Origin: Myxococcota bacterium
Lineage (GTDB): Bacteria; Myxococcota_A; UBA796; CAJQPC01
NCBI GenBank assembly: GCA_036012755.1
Contig: DASCPX010000129.1
Coordinates: forward strand, 160,001-224,000
Direction of reading: 5' to 3'
Length of the DNA: 64,000 nt
Of this stretch, positions 51,499 to 61,207 are shown one piece after another; within the stretch, counting starts at the first letter, position 1; each line of letters opens with the position of its first letter. Made by a program: the position numbers and the translations under genes. The notes beneath the pieces were generated by a model that saw nothing but the letters and a program-made list of their open reading frames with translations, did no database searches and had not been told where the DNA came from.

Positions 51499-52314
51499 AT
51501 GTTCGCCCTCATCCTGGCTTGTGGTCCCAAGAACGTCTCGGAGCTCGACACCGGTCCGACCGCTGGCTGGCACGTCGAGGAGGGCTGGGGCGGGAGCTGC
51601 TTCCTGCCCCCCGACTTCGAGACCATCGAAGACGCGGAGCTGCGCCAGAAGATGCAGCGCGACACCCTCGCGGCGATGTCGCTCCAGTGGGAGGGGAGTC
51701 GCCGCGACGGCATCCGCTTCGACCCGGATCTGTCGGACGAGGTCGCCGCCTACCTCGAGCCGCACCTCGACCGGGTCCAGGGGGTCGCGGACCAGAACCA
51801 CGCTCACTGCGTGGAGGTGATGGACCAGGGCGCGACGACCTCGGCGTGGGGGCTGTGGCTGGAGGAGCTGCACGAAGACCTCTCGGAAGAGGCTTGCCCG
51901 ACGCCGCTGTCCGACAACTTCCACACGCTCGACATCCGCACCGGCTGGCAGGCCGACGTCGAGATCTGCGCGGGCACCTCCTATGTCGTGCGGGGAGCGG
52001 TCGGTGAGCAGTTTCGGCTCTCGGCGGAGGGGGCGCTCATCACGCTCGCTGGCGACCCGGACAACCTCCCACCGGAGGGCGCCTTCTGCCGCGAGGTCGC
52101 CGGCTGTGCCTGGGGAATGCTCGTCGGCCGCTTCGAGGGAGAGGACGGGAGCGTAGAGGTCTTCCCGATCGGCACGGAGAAGACCCGCACGGCGGCGGTC
52201 GCCGGGACGCTGTCCATCGCGATCAACGACGACGATCACCACGACAACGCCTGGCAGATCGTCGATGGAGTGCAAGACGGGGTGACGCTGGAGATCCGCC
52301 CGGCTCGGGACTGA
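51499..52314 (+). CDS. lipoprotein, possible PA-IL-like lectin domain
   Basis: MFALILAC; GWQ, G.LVGR, GTL..AIND....DN. Confidence 0.55.
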   Translation: MFALILACGPKNVSELDTGPTAGWHVEEGWGGSCFLPPDFETIEDAELRQKMQRDTLAAMSLQWEGSRRDGIRFDPDLSDEVAAYLEPHLDRVQGVADQNHAHCVEVMDQGATTSAWGLWLEELHEDLSEEACPTPLSDNFHTLDIRTGWQADVEICAGTSYVVRGAVGEQFRLSAEGALITLAGDPDNLPPEGAFCREVAGCAWGMLVGRFEGEDGSVEVFPIGTEKTRTAAVAGTLSIAINDDDHHDNAWQIVDGVQDGVTLEIRPARD

Positions 52315-52315
52315 G

Positions 52316-53388
52316 TCAGCCGAGAAGCCCCAGCGCTCCAGGCCGCGGATGACCAGCCAGTTCAGGTTGATCCAGGTCGGACCTCGCCAGTAGAGGTGCT
52401 CCCTGTAGGCCTCGTCCTCCAGCGGAACCGTGGGGATGGGCCACTCGGCGGTGTAGACCGACTCCAGGAGCGCGGCGCACGCAGAGGCCTGCTCGCGACG
52501 GATGCCAGAGCAGAACAGCGGCACGAGCTCCCAGGCTCCTCGCACGGGGACCGAGGCCCCAGCGCGCACGTCGAAGTCCCGGAAGCCCTCCGAGGTCCAC
52601 AGGACCGATGCGAGTGCTCCCTCCATCGACTCCATGCGCGACGCCGCGGAGGTTTCGAAGCCGAGCTCCGCTGCCAGCCAGAGGAGGTCCTCGTCGGCTC
52701 TGTGCAGGATGGCCGTCATCGCGACGTCGGCGACGAGGAAGGGGCTGTCCGCCACCATTGCCGCCTCGTCGAAGTCCCGGTCGCGGATCATCTGGACGAG
52801 GTGGGCGTAGCGCGCGTACTCGTCGTCCGAAGGCCGGGTCGCCGGATCCGCTCGCTCGATGTCCACACGCTCGAAGCGAACCCCAGAGGGCTGCCACCGA
52901 CAGAGGGCCGCGTCCCAGCGGGGCGCGTTGTCCATGCCGGACTCCCAGGGGTGCGTGATGCAGACGGCTCCGCGGTGGCCCCGCACTCCGAGCAGCCAGC
53001 TGTGCCAGCGCTCGAGGGTCGGCATCATGCCGCGAATCGTCGACGCCCGGGCTCCCGCCTCGAAGAGCTGGCGCGCCGCCGTCGCCGCGACCGGAGGCTG
53101 GGTGATCGAGGATCTAGGAGGCTTCATGCCCTCTGTGCCCCAGAAGTCCGGCCCGGGCGCATAGTCCCCCTCGGAGGCGAAGCGGATGTGCGGCACGCGC
53201 CCGTCTGGCCACGCGGCCTCCAGCAACCGGTCGAGCTCGGCGGCCCCTCTCGGGACGTCGATGTGCGACCAGCCGATGGCGGAGAAGGCCGAGTCCCAGT
53301 TCCACTGGTGGGGGTACAGGTGCGGGGAGGGCAGGCAGTGACGACCTCGGTCGTTCGCCCGCAGGAGCGCCTCTGCCCGCGCCCTCAT
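52316..53388 (-). pseudogene. GH63/MGH1-like glycoside hydrolase, 3'-truncated
   Basis: LYPHQWNWDSAF, ITQPP, HPWESGMDNAPRW, YWRGPTWIN; similarity ends near 52316 without the final EY../FSW segment, and the frame runs on antisense to 51388. Confidence 0.7.
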
Positions 53389-53849
53389 CCGAAGAGGGCG
53401 GGCACCGCGGCGGCGACGCCGAGGATCAGCAGGAAGTACACGGCGAGCACTCCGTGGACCTTCATCCAGGGCCGCTCCTGCTCCATGAGCCCGCCGAGGC
53501 TGAGCACGAGGTCCTCGCGCACGGGCCGCTCGCGGGTGGCCAGGGACACTGCGACGCCGACCACGAGCGAGACGACGAGGCCGATCGCGTTCCACCACAT
53601 CCAGTGCATCTCGGGGACGGCGAGCCAGAAGACGATGTTCAACCCGACACCAGCGACACAGCCGGTGATGATGCCCGGCCCGGTCGCTCGCTTCCAGACG
53701 AGGCCCGCCGCGAAGCCGATGCACGTGATCAGGCCGCCGATGAGCACCGCCATCTGGATGACGTCCGACTGACCTCGGCCCAGCCAAGCCGACAGCGCGA
53801 CCATGCCGACGAGGTAGGCGACGATGAGGGCCCAGTCGAGAGCGTTCAC
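53385..53849 (-). pseudogene. sodium:solute symporter collapsed by internal in-frame deletions
   Basis: SSS-type N-terminus (LDW.LIVAYL..GRGQ), a DVIQM segment and a WKRA..G C-terminus in only 154 aa. Confidence 0.65.
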
Positions 53850-53856
53850 TCAGGGC

Positions 53857-55515
53857 TCAGGGCGAGAGTTCCAGGTCTTCGACCGAGGTGTCCTCGCGCG
53901 GGACGGAGATGACCTCGGCCGTGAAGCGCGACGATCTCACCACAGTGAGGATCCCGTAGGTCGCGATCATCCAGTCCCCCATGTCCTGGAAGCGTGTCTC
54001 GTCCCCCATGCCGAGCGGGCCGTCCCGCACGACGACATAGGGGATGGCCCCCGCCCCGGCGCAGCTGTCGCGGATGATCTCGACGCACTGGCTGAAGTGG
54101 AGCTCGGTCTCCCCGAAGGGGCAGTTGTCCTTCGGACAGAACTCCCGGCCCGCGTATGCGACGGCCTCGCGGATCGGCACGGCGGCTCCGCCCCCTCCCG
54201 GGAAGTGCTCGGACAGCACCATGCCGAGGTGGCGCGCCGCCAGGGCGTACTGATCGGTCGGGCGTGGCTGAGCGCGGAGGTAGGTCGCCGAGTCCCACGC
54301 CAGCGTGCCGATCCAGGCTGCCAGCGGGAGCGCCAGGACCCCCCTGGGGAACCACGCCCACCGCTCGCGCAAGCCCAGCTCCAGCAGGCCCGGCAGCGAG
54401 CACAGACCTCGGCCGATGAGCACCGCGACGAAGGCCAGGAGGTTCGCGGAGTACCGGGGCTCGGCGCCTGCAGCATGGAGCACCGGGAGGGGGGCCAGGC
54501 AACACAGCAGCGCCAGTCCGTAGCCGGCGTCCTGCCAGCGGAGATAGCGCCAGCGCCCGGCTCCCTTGGCTACCCCCAGTCCCAGGCCGAGTACCCCGAG
54601 CCAGGGAAGCGCCAGCAACAGGGTCCAGGACAGGCGAGGAAACCAGTACTTCTGGAGCCCCGCGCGGAGCGACGCCGTGGCGGCCTCGGCCCAGTCTGTC
54701 TCGAGCTTCGACGCGGCCTCCGTCGAGAGCTCCGGTCGGCGGTTCCCGATGTCGCCGTGTTGTGGGTCGATGCCCTCGCTGACGACCCGCTGGATGTCGT
54801 CGAGGTCCACCAGCCCGAAGACCTTGGCCATGAGCCAGAGGATCAGCCCGACTCCCACCGCGTAGAGCCCGAGCGCGGCCAGGCGATGCCACCAGGCCCG
54901 AGTCGGACCGCGCACGGCGATGACCAGTGCCGCCGGCAGTATGTAGGGCAGGGCCGTGATGTGTGACGAGGCGGCCAGCCCGGCCACGACCCCGGACAAC
55001 GGAGCCAGGAACCACCAGCGCCGCAGCGGCAGGGCGCAGAGCACCGACAGGGGCAACACGAAGGCCACGAGCGGGTCACAGCCGTAGCGGCGGCTCGCTT
55101 CTATCAGCGGGGTGCAGCCCAGGATGACGAGCCCGGAGGCCAGGCCCGCCGCCGGCCCGCCGTCCGCGCGGCCGAGCCCGTAGGCCACCAGCGGGAGCCC
55201 GAGGAAGGTGAGGTGGTTCACGAGGTGGCCCGCCATCGCGATGTCCGGCGTGACCTGCAGCGCCAGCGCGGTCGCGATCAACCACAGCGGCGGACGGTGG
55301 ACGTCGACGGCGTCGAAGTCCCCCCAGCTCACGCGCAGCGTGTTGATCGCCCACTCGCCGGCGTCCGGTCCCTCCATCAACACGTCGGCCGACCTCGCCC
55401 AGAAGGGGAGTGACCCCTCTCCTGTGTAAGCCAGCATCACGACGAGCCCGAGCGCGAACAGGACAGCGACCGCTGCCACGTCGAGGGTCAGCGGGAGGTG
55501 CTTCTTCCAGCTCAC
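53857..55515 (-). CDS. polytopic membrane protein, GT-C (ArnT/PMT-like) glycosyltransferase candidate
   Basis: GPD..EW, HRPPL, multiple TM segments, EPRY. Confidence 0.55.
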   Translation of the reverse strand: MSWKKHLPLTLDVAAVAVLFALGLVVMLAYTGEGSLPFWARSADVLMEGPDAGEWAINTLRVSWGDFDAVDVHRPPLWLIATALALQVTPDIAMAGHLVNHLTFLGLPLVAYGLGRADGGPAAGLASGLVILGCTPLIEASRRYGCDPLVAFVLPLSVLCALPLRRWWFLAPLSGVVAGLAASSHITALPYILPAALVIAVRGPTRAWWHRLAALGLYAVGVGLILWLMAKVFGLVDLDDIQRVVSEGIDPQHGDIGNRRPELSTEAASKLETDWAEAATASLRAGLQKYWFPRLSWTLLLALPWLGVLGLGLGVAKGAGRWRYLRWQDAGYGLALLCCLAPLPVLHAAGAEPRYSANLLAFVAVLIGRGLCSLPGLLELGLRERWAWFPRGVLALPLAAWIGTLAWDSATYLRAQPRPTDQYALAARHLGMVLSEHFPGGGGAAVPIREAVAYAGREFCPKDNCPFGETELHFSQCVEIIRDSCAGAGAIPYVVVRDGPLGMGDETRFQDMGDWMIATYGILTVVRSSRFTAEVISVPREDTSVEDLELSP

Positions 55516-55570
55516 GGAGGCGAGAGTTTACTCCGCAACTCCGGTATAGTCGCTGTCCGAAGGGCCCATC

Positions 55571-57400
55571 ATGAGCGACCAGCAGGATCCTGCCCTCGAA
55601 GAAGAGGAAGAAGAGACCAATCTCGTCAGCCACGAGGACTACATCCTCAGGGCGGAACGCAGCGTTGGTACCTCCAAGGCGGGCAAGGCGGCGAACGGTG
55701 CGGTCCTGGCGCTGGCGCGGGCCGCGCGGAGCTTCCTGCTCTACGACGCCAGGAACGCCGCCATTCGCGCCTTCCTCGACGACTTCCAGAAGCGCATGGA
55801 CCATTTCTTCGCCCACCACGGCGAGATGTCCCTTCAGATCCGCCCTTTCGAGATGGTGCTCGAAGGAGGCGAGGTCATCTACGTCGAGCGTGACCGCACC
55901 CGCAGCCTTGCCTTCCGGCTCTTCCGCGACGGTGTCCGCAACCTCGTCATCGAGGCGACGGTCAACTGGGACGAGCTGCTTCGCCTGCTGGAGATCCTGT
56001 CCATTCGCTACACGGGGATCCGCTCCCAGGAGGACGACATCGTCACGCTCCTGTGGAAGGCCGCGTTCCAGAACATCCGGATCCAGGCGGTCGAGGGCGT
56101 CATGCTCGACGAGGAGGAAGAGCGCGTGGCCGAGGGGGGCTACGGCGGCTACGGCGGCGCCTACGCTGGCGACGGAGACGCGGAGGCCCAGGACGGTGAG
56201 TACACGGGCCCTGCTCGCCGGATCAGCGCCCAGTTCGACGCCCCCCGCGACAGGGACCGACCGCTCCCCCGACTCGGGGAGTCCAGGGAGCTGCGGTATG
56301 CGCCGCTGACCCGCGGCCAGGTCGACATGCTCAGGGCGGAGCTCGACACGCAGGACCTCGCATTCGCCAGCCTCACGCTGGTCGAGCGCCTGCTGCACCT
56401 CGTCAACGACCCCGTCGACCCGATGGTGTTCGAGGACGTCCGCCACTTCGTCATCGAGCTCCGAGTCTTCCTCATGGCCGAGGAGCAGCTCGGCTCGCTC
56501 GTGACGCTCATCGACCTCGTCGCCTCCGTCGAGGACGCAGACCCGGACGCCATCCGACCGATCCTCGCCGGCTTCGTCGACGCCCACGCCATCCGCCGCA
56601 TCCTGAAGTCGATCCAGCACACGCACTCCCAGCCGCCCGACGAGCTCCTCCACCTCCTGGACCTCGTCGAGGGCAACCACCTCGACACCTTCATCGAGCT
56701 CGTCGAGGTCGAACGCGGCGCGGCCCCTCGGCGCATCGCTCGCCAGCTGGTCGAGCGCTACATCCCCGGGAACGAGGACTACGCCATCCAGCGCATGCTC
56801 GCAGCCAGCGACCCGGGCGTCATGCGCGACCTGCTGCGCGCCTGCGCCCACGCGGTGCCGGAGCGAACCCTGGAAGCGGCAGAGGCCCTCGCCGCCACCG
56901 GCGAGCCGGACGTGCTCCGCGAGCTCCTCTATTTCCTGCAGCACATCCCCTCGAGCCACGACGCCTCCGCCGCGCTGTTGAACCTGCTGAACTGCGGCGT
57001 CAGCGAGGTCCGCACCGCCGCCATCGACGAGCTCGGTCAGCGCGAGCACACCCAGGTGCGCCCGCTCATCACCCACCTGACCGAGCACAGGCCGCTACCG
57101 AACGAGGAAGCGGAGGCCTTGGGCCTGGCCATCGCCCGCCTCGATCCGCGCCTCGCCCAGGTCCGCTTCCGCGAGTGGATCCGTCCGGGCGGCTTCTTCG
57201 CCCGCTTCTTCGCCGGCTCGGGTGACGTGACGCTCCAGTTCGCTGCCGCCGCGGGGCTCGAGCTCCTCGACGAAGAGGGGGACGACGCCCTGCTCGAGTG
57301 GCTTGGCAAGCGAGCTGGAGACGATCTCTACCGTCGCTGCAAGGCGAGCATCGTTCGTCGCAGGCAGCGGCGCCGCGGAGGGGCCGCAGCCCATGTCTGA
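55571..57400 (+). CDS. HEAT-repeat-like protein
   Basis: LARAARSFLLYD..N, LFRDGVR.L, helical repeats; overlaps the next gene. Confidence 0.65.
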   Translation: MSDQQDPALEEEEEETNLVSHEDYILRAERSVGTSKAGKAANGAVLALARAARSFLLYDARNAAIRAFLDDFQKRMDHFFAHHGEMSLQIRPFEMVLEGGEVIYVERDRTRSLAFRLFRDGVRNLVIEATVNWDELLRLLEILSIRYTGIRSQEDDIVTLLWKAAFQNIRIQAVEGVMLDEEEERVAEGGYGGYGGAYAGDGDAEAQDGEYTGPARRISAQFDAPRDRDRPLPRLGESRELRYAPLTRGQVDMLRAELDTQDLAFASLTLVERLLHLVNDPVDPMVFEDVRHFVIELRVFLMAEEQLGSLVTLIDLVASVEDADPDAIRPILAGFVDAHAIRRILKSIQHTHSQPPDELLHLLDLVEGNHLDTFIELVEVERGAAPRRIARQLVERYIPGNEDYAIQRMLAASDPGVMRDLLRACAHAVPERTLEAAEALAATGEPDVLRELLYFLQHIPSSHDASAALLNLLNCGVSEVRTAAIDELGQREHTQVRPLITHLTEHRPLPNEEAEALGLAIARLDPRLAQVRFREWIRPGGFFARFFAGSGDVTLQFAAAAGLELLDEEGDDALLEWLGKRAGDDLYRRCKASIVRRRQRRRGGAAAHV

Positions 57401-58769
57401 CGACCAGATCGCCAAGGCGCAGGAGCGCCTCGGCAAGACGATGCACAAGGCCCGGGCCGGAGAAGACCGCGAGATCGCGCGTTGGATCCGGGAGGACGGA
57501 CTGCGCTTCGCCCAGGTGCTGACGGGCCTGCTCCGCCTCATCCGCATCCACGACCTGAAGAACGCCGCCTTCGACACCCCGGTCAAGCAGTTCATCGGCG
57601 CCAATCGCATGATCTACGAGCGCCTCGGGGCCATCCACCTCGTCGCGGTCGAGGACCAGGTCTACATCAACGACATCCGCCTCCGCTTCGAGGATCGTGG
57701 CGAGGGCCCCTCGCTCGCCCAGCTCATGCGTGTCCACGCGGTCGGCGGCATCTCCTGCCACTCCGTGCTGACCGACGCAGAGGTCCGGGAGTTCGTCTGG
57801 TGCTTCGCTCAGAAGCCCGCAGAGGACTTCCCACGCCAGGCGATGAGCAAGCTCCTGGAAGAGAGGGGGCTCAGCACGGTGCAGGTCTTCGGTGTCTTCC
57901 GCTTCAGGTTGGCCGGAGAGGACCACCAGGTCCGCCAGGTGTCTGGCGAAGTCATCCTGGAGCGCACGCGGGGCGCCGTTGCAGAGGCCTGGAACAACAT
58001 GGGCCACGGGCGGCTCCCCAACCCCCTGCCCTTGCGCCGCGCCGTCACCGAGATCCTAGAGCGCGGTGTCGCGGGCGAGGACCTCTGGGAGGAGGCCAAG
58101 ACCGCGGACCGTCATGGCGCCCACAGCACCCGTGTCTCCCGCCTGGCGCTGCTCATCGGCACGGGGCTCGGCCTCTCCGAGGCTCAGCTGCAGGACCTTG
58201 GAGTCGCGGCGATCTTCCACGACATCGGCTACGCCGCGCGAGAGGGCGTCGACGAGGCCAACAACGAGCCGGGCTATGCACCGCCCTTCGAGCGCCACGG
58301 CTCGGCGGGGGCTCGCCTCCTGCTGAGGCAACGAGGCTTCCACGAGGCCCGGATCCACCGCCTCCTCGCGGTCCTGGAGCACCACGAGGACTACGACAGT
58401 CGGGCAGGAAAGCCCTCGCTGTTCGGCCGTATCCTCCGCGTCGCAGAAGACTACGACAACCTCACCTACAGCGAGGAGTGCCGCTACTGTCCAGCCATGG
58501 CGCTGGCGTACATGGCGGGCAAGTCCGGGCGTGACTACGACCCCTTGCTGCTCCAGATGCTCATCAACGCGGTGGGCTGCTACCCGCCGGGCACGCTGTT
58601 GCGACTCGCCGATGGACGCGAGGTTCGCAGCGACAGCCTCGTGCGAAGCCCCGCCAGCTTCAACAAGCCTCTGTGCGTCGTGACCCGACTGGCCTCCGGA
58701 CAGGAGGCCGCCGGACGCCTCGAGGTCGACCTCGCCAACGAGGGCGAAGTCCTCCACGTCGTCGTCTGA
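57393..58769 (+). CDS. HD-GYP-like domain protein, degenerate
   Basis: HSTRV, FHDIG, HHE, RILRVAEDYD, YDP, YPPGT; no GYP loop. Confidence 0.75.
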   Translation: MSDDQIAKAQERLGKTMHKARAGEDREIARWIREDGLRFAQVLTGLLRLIRIHDLKNAAFDTPVKQFIGANRMIYERLGAIHLVAVEDQVYINDIRLRFEDRGEGPSLAQLMRVHAVGGISCHSVLTDAEVREFVWCFAQKPAEDFPRQAMSKLLEERGLSTVQVFGVFRFRLAGEDHQVRQVSGEVILERTRGAVAEAWNNMGHGRLPNPLPLRRAVTEILERGVAGEDLWEEAKTADRHGAHSTRVSRLALLIGTGLGLSEAQLQDLGVAAIFHDIGYAAREGVDEANNEPGYAPPFERHGSAGARLLLRQRGFHEARIHRLLAVLEHHEDYDSRAGKPSLFGRILRVAEDYDNLTYSEECRYCPAMALAYMAGKSGRDYDPLLLQMLINAVGCYPPGTLLRLADGREVRSDSLVRSPASFNKPLCVVTRLASGQEAAGRLEVDLANEGEVLHVVV

Positions 58770-58779
58770 GGTCCGCTCC

Positions 58780-59046
58780 TCAGAAGCCCGGGTCGCAGTC
58801 GTCGCAGCGGCTGCCGCAGGAGTCGTCGTAGAGCTGGTCGCTCACCTGGAGTCCGCCGCCTGCGCAGTTGTCCTCTGCCAACACGCGGCACTCGTTGTCG
58901 CTGGCAGCCACGACCCAGCCACTGGTCTCCCCGTCGTCGCAGGCGTAGTAGCAGCAGCCGCTCGCGCCGGAATCGCCGCTGTCGAGCGGGGGAACGGGGC
59001 AGGCCGCAAGCCCCAGGAGCGCAGTTGTCGCAAGGCAGATCCGCAT
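58780..59046 (-). CDS. small Cys-rich lipoprotein
   Basis: MRICLATTALLGLAAC lipobox; 8 further Cys. Confidence 0.7.
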   Translation of the reverse strand: MRICLATTALLGLAACPVPPLDSGDSGASGCCYYACDDGETSGWVVAASDNECRVLAEDNCAGGGLQVSDQLYDDSCGSRCDDCDPGF

Positions 59047-59128
59047 CGAGTCCTCCAACCACAGCTATAGCTTTGACGGCTGCGCCCCGCAGCGGGTAGC
59101 GTCCGGCGGGAAGCAGAGGAGTACCCCG

Positions 59129-59431
59129 ATGCGGTGGATTGCAGTGCTGTGGACGCTGTGCTTTCTCGCGTTGGGAACACCCGCCTTCGCCTCCGTGTCC
59201 GGGACGCCTTCGAGCGTGCTGTACACCCCGCTGGTCGTGGAGGCTCCGCTGGTCTCCGAGGACGAGTTGCCTGACGACACGCCGATCCCTGGCGAGCGGG
59301 ACCCGGTGACGCGTCAGGACAACATGAACAAGGCCATCATCATCGCGATCATCATCGCGGAGTTCGCGCTGGTGGCCAGCTTCGGCGCTCTCATCTGCTG
59401 CTGCTGTCTCTACATGGGCTATTACTACTGA
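59129..59431 (+). CDS. small signal-TM-CCCC-YYY protein, paralog 1
   Basis: GAGGAG RBS; AFA signal; ends ICCCCLYMGYYY*. Confidence 0.8.
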   Translation: MRWIAVLWTLCFLALGTPAFASVSGTPSSVLYTPLVVEAPLVSEDELPDDTPIPGERDPVTRQDNMNKAIIIAIIIAEFALVASFGALICCCCLYMGYYY

Positions 59432-59757
59432 TGATCTACGCAATTCGCGCTGTCGCTCTCGCTCTCGCGTTCCTTGCTCTCGTGCCGGTGACCGCGTCGG
59501 CGAGCATCGCCGCTACAGAGGTCGCCGCAACAGGGGTCGCCAGCGTCGAGGCCACGCTGGTCGTGGACGCCCCCATGCTCGAGGACGGAGAGGTCCCGGG
59601 CGAGGAAGAGCCCCTCCCGGGCGAGGAAGGCAGCTCCTGGTTCAAGGACCACAAGGTCCTCGTCATCGTCCTGGGGATCTCGGCCGGCGTCCTGCTCATC
59701 GGCACGACGCTGCTCTGCTGTTGCTGCCTTGGCGGCGGCACGTCGTACTACTACTGA
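59431..59757 (+). CDS. small signal-TM-CCCC-YYY protein, paralog 2
   Basis: TGATG coupling; ASA signal; ends LCCCCLGGGTSYYY*. Confidence 0.8.
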   Translation: MIYAIRAVALALAFLALVPVTASASIAATEVAATGVASVEATLVVDAPMLEDGEVPGEEEPLPGEEGSSWFKDHKVLVIVLGISAGVLLIGTTLLCCCCLGGGTSYYY

Positions 59758-60053
59758 TGAGCCGCGCCCTCCGGCTGTTGGTCCTGGCGCTGGCCTGCCT
59801 GCTGCTGGTCCCCGCCACCGCCTCGGCCAGCTTCGACCGCGCAGAGGTCGTGAGCCAGGACGCTTCGCTGGTCGTCGAGGCGCCGGTGCTCGAAGACGAC
59901 GAGCTCCCGGGCGAGAACGAGCCCCTCCCCGACGGGGAGAGCTCGAACAAGACCCTGATCATCGTGCTCGTGCTCGTCGGAGCGGCGCTCGTGTTGGCGG
60001 CCGGGGCGGTCGTGATCTGCTGCTGTTGCTTCGGCAGCTACTACTACTACTGA
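59757..60053 (+). CDS. small signal-TM-CCCC-YYY protein, paralog 3
   Basis: TGATG coupling; ASA signal; ends ICCCCFGSYYYY*. Confidence 0.8.
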   Translation: MSRALRLLVLALACLLLVPATASASFDRAEVVSQDASLVVEAPVLEDDELPGENEPLPDGESSNKTLIIVLVLVGAALVLAAGAVVICCCCFGSYYYY

Positions 60054-60854
60054 GTGCTGCTGCTCGCGCTTCCGTTGGGCTGGCAATGGCTCGGCGAGGG
60101 TCAGCTGGAAGACCTCGTGCCGGGTCAGACGGGCGCCGCCGCGAGGTCCGCCGAGATGGCGCTGGTGACCAGGGAGGAGCCAGCCGCGCCCCACATCGCA
60201 GCCGTGGACCCGTTCACCGCTCAGCAGGTCCAGGACGTCGACGGCTTCATCAGCGGCGAGACGCTCCTGTCCCGGCAACGCCAGAAGGCTGGCGACACCG
60301 TGAAGACGCTCTACCAGGGGGCTTCTGACCACCCCAGCGTCTCACGCTGGGTCCACATCACGCCCAGCACCGGGCTGGTCTGGTGGCGGCTGGCCTGGCG
60401 GCAGGGCGACCAGCTGCAGCAGGTGATGGCCTGGGCACCTGCGGATGAGCTCGACGTCCTCGCGGCGGCGATGATGGAGCTCGAGGAGGGCACTGCCTGG
60501 AGCCCCAGTCCCCCGATGCTGCTGGTCGCCGCCGGCACCTGCGACGAGACCGCGACCGTCTCCCGCAACAGCATGATCGAGGCCAGCGCCCGGCACGAAG
60601 ACGCCCTGGCGGCCATCGCGCGGCGAGAGGGCGACATGCGCCTCCACCTCGCCGGGCGGGCGATCCTCAGCCGCTCCGCCGAGTCCTGCCTCACAGAGGT
60701 GGCCCCGAAGATGGGGGTCTGCCGCGTCTACGCGGGCGAGGCGATCACCGAGCGCGACCGGGACATCGAGGGCGAGGTGGCGCGCTGCATGGACAAGCGA
60801 GAGAAGCTCCCCGTGAAGCTCGCCGAGCGCCTCGACACGGTCGCCGCGTGGTGA
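60054..60854 (+). CDS. hypothetical protein
   Basis: GTG immediately after the previous stop; good codon usage; stop overlaps the next ATG. Confidence 0.65.
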   Translation: MLLLALPLGWQWLGEGQLEDLVPGQTGAAARSAEMALVTREEPAAPHIAAVDPFTAQQVQDVDGFISGETLLSRQRQKAGDTVKTLYQGASDHPSVSRWVHITPSTGLVWWRLAWRQGDQLQQVMAWAPADELDVLAAAMMELEEGTAWSPSPPMLLVAAGTCDETATVSRNSMIEASARHEDALAAIARREGDMRLHLAGRAILSRSAESCLTEVAPKMGVCRVYAGEAITERDRDIEGEVARCMDKREKLPVKLAERLDTVAAW

Positions 60855-61207
60855 TGTGGCTGCTGACCGGGCTCGCTTTCGCAGAGGTGCCCCAGTGCAC
60901 CGAGCTCTCCAGGCCCTACCCCTCTCGCCAGTCCGAGCGGGTCGGCACGGCCCGCAACGCGGCCTACCTGGCGCTTCGTGCCTGGCAGATCATCGTCGCC
61001 CCTGCAGACGGGGCGGGCTGCACGATGTACCCGAGCTGCTCTCGCTACGCGATGTTCGCCGTCGCTCAGGAGGGACCCGTTCGCGGGACCTTCATGGCCA
61101 CGGCTCGGGTCGTCCGGCACCACAAGGACCCCGGCTACCCGCGCTGCCGGGTCGGCGAGCGGGTCTATGTCTATGCACCGGTCGAGGCGGACAGCTGGTG
61201 GGACTGA
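60854..61207 (+). CDS. YidD-like (membrane protein insertion efficiency factor family) protein with N-terminal signal-like segment
   Basis: LRAWQIIVAP....CTMYPSCSRYA..A....G...G..MATARVVR. Confidence 0.75.
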   Translation: MWLLTGLAFAEVPQCTELSRPYPSRQSERVGTARNAAYLALRAWQIIVAPADGAGCTMYPSCSRYAMFAVAQEGPVRGTFMATARVVRHHKDPGYPRCRVGERVYVYAPVEADSWWD

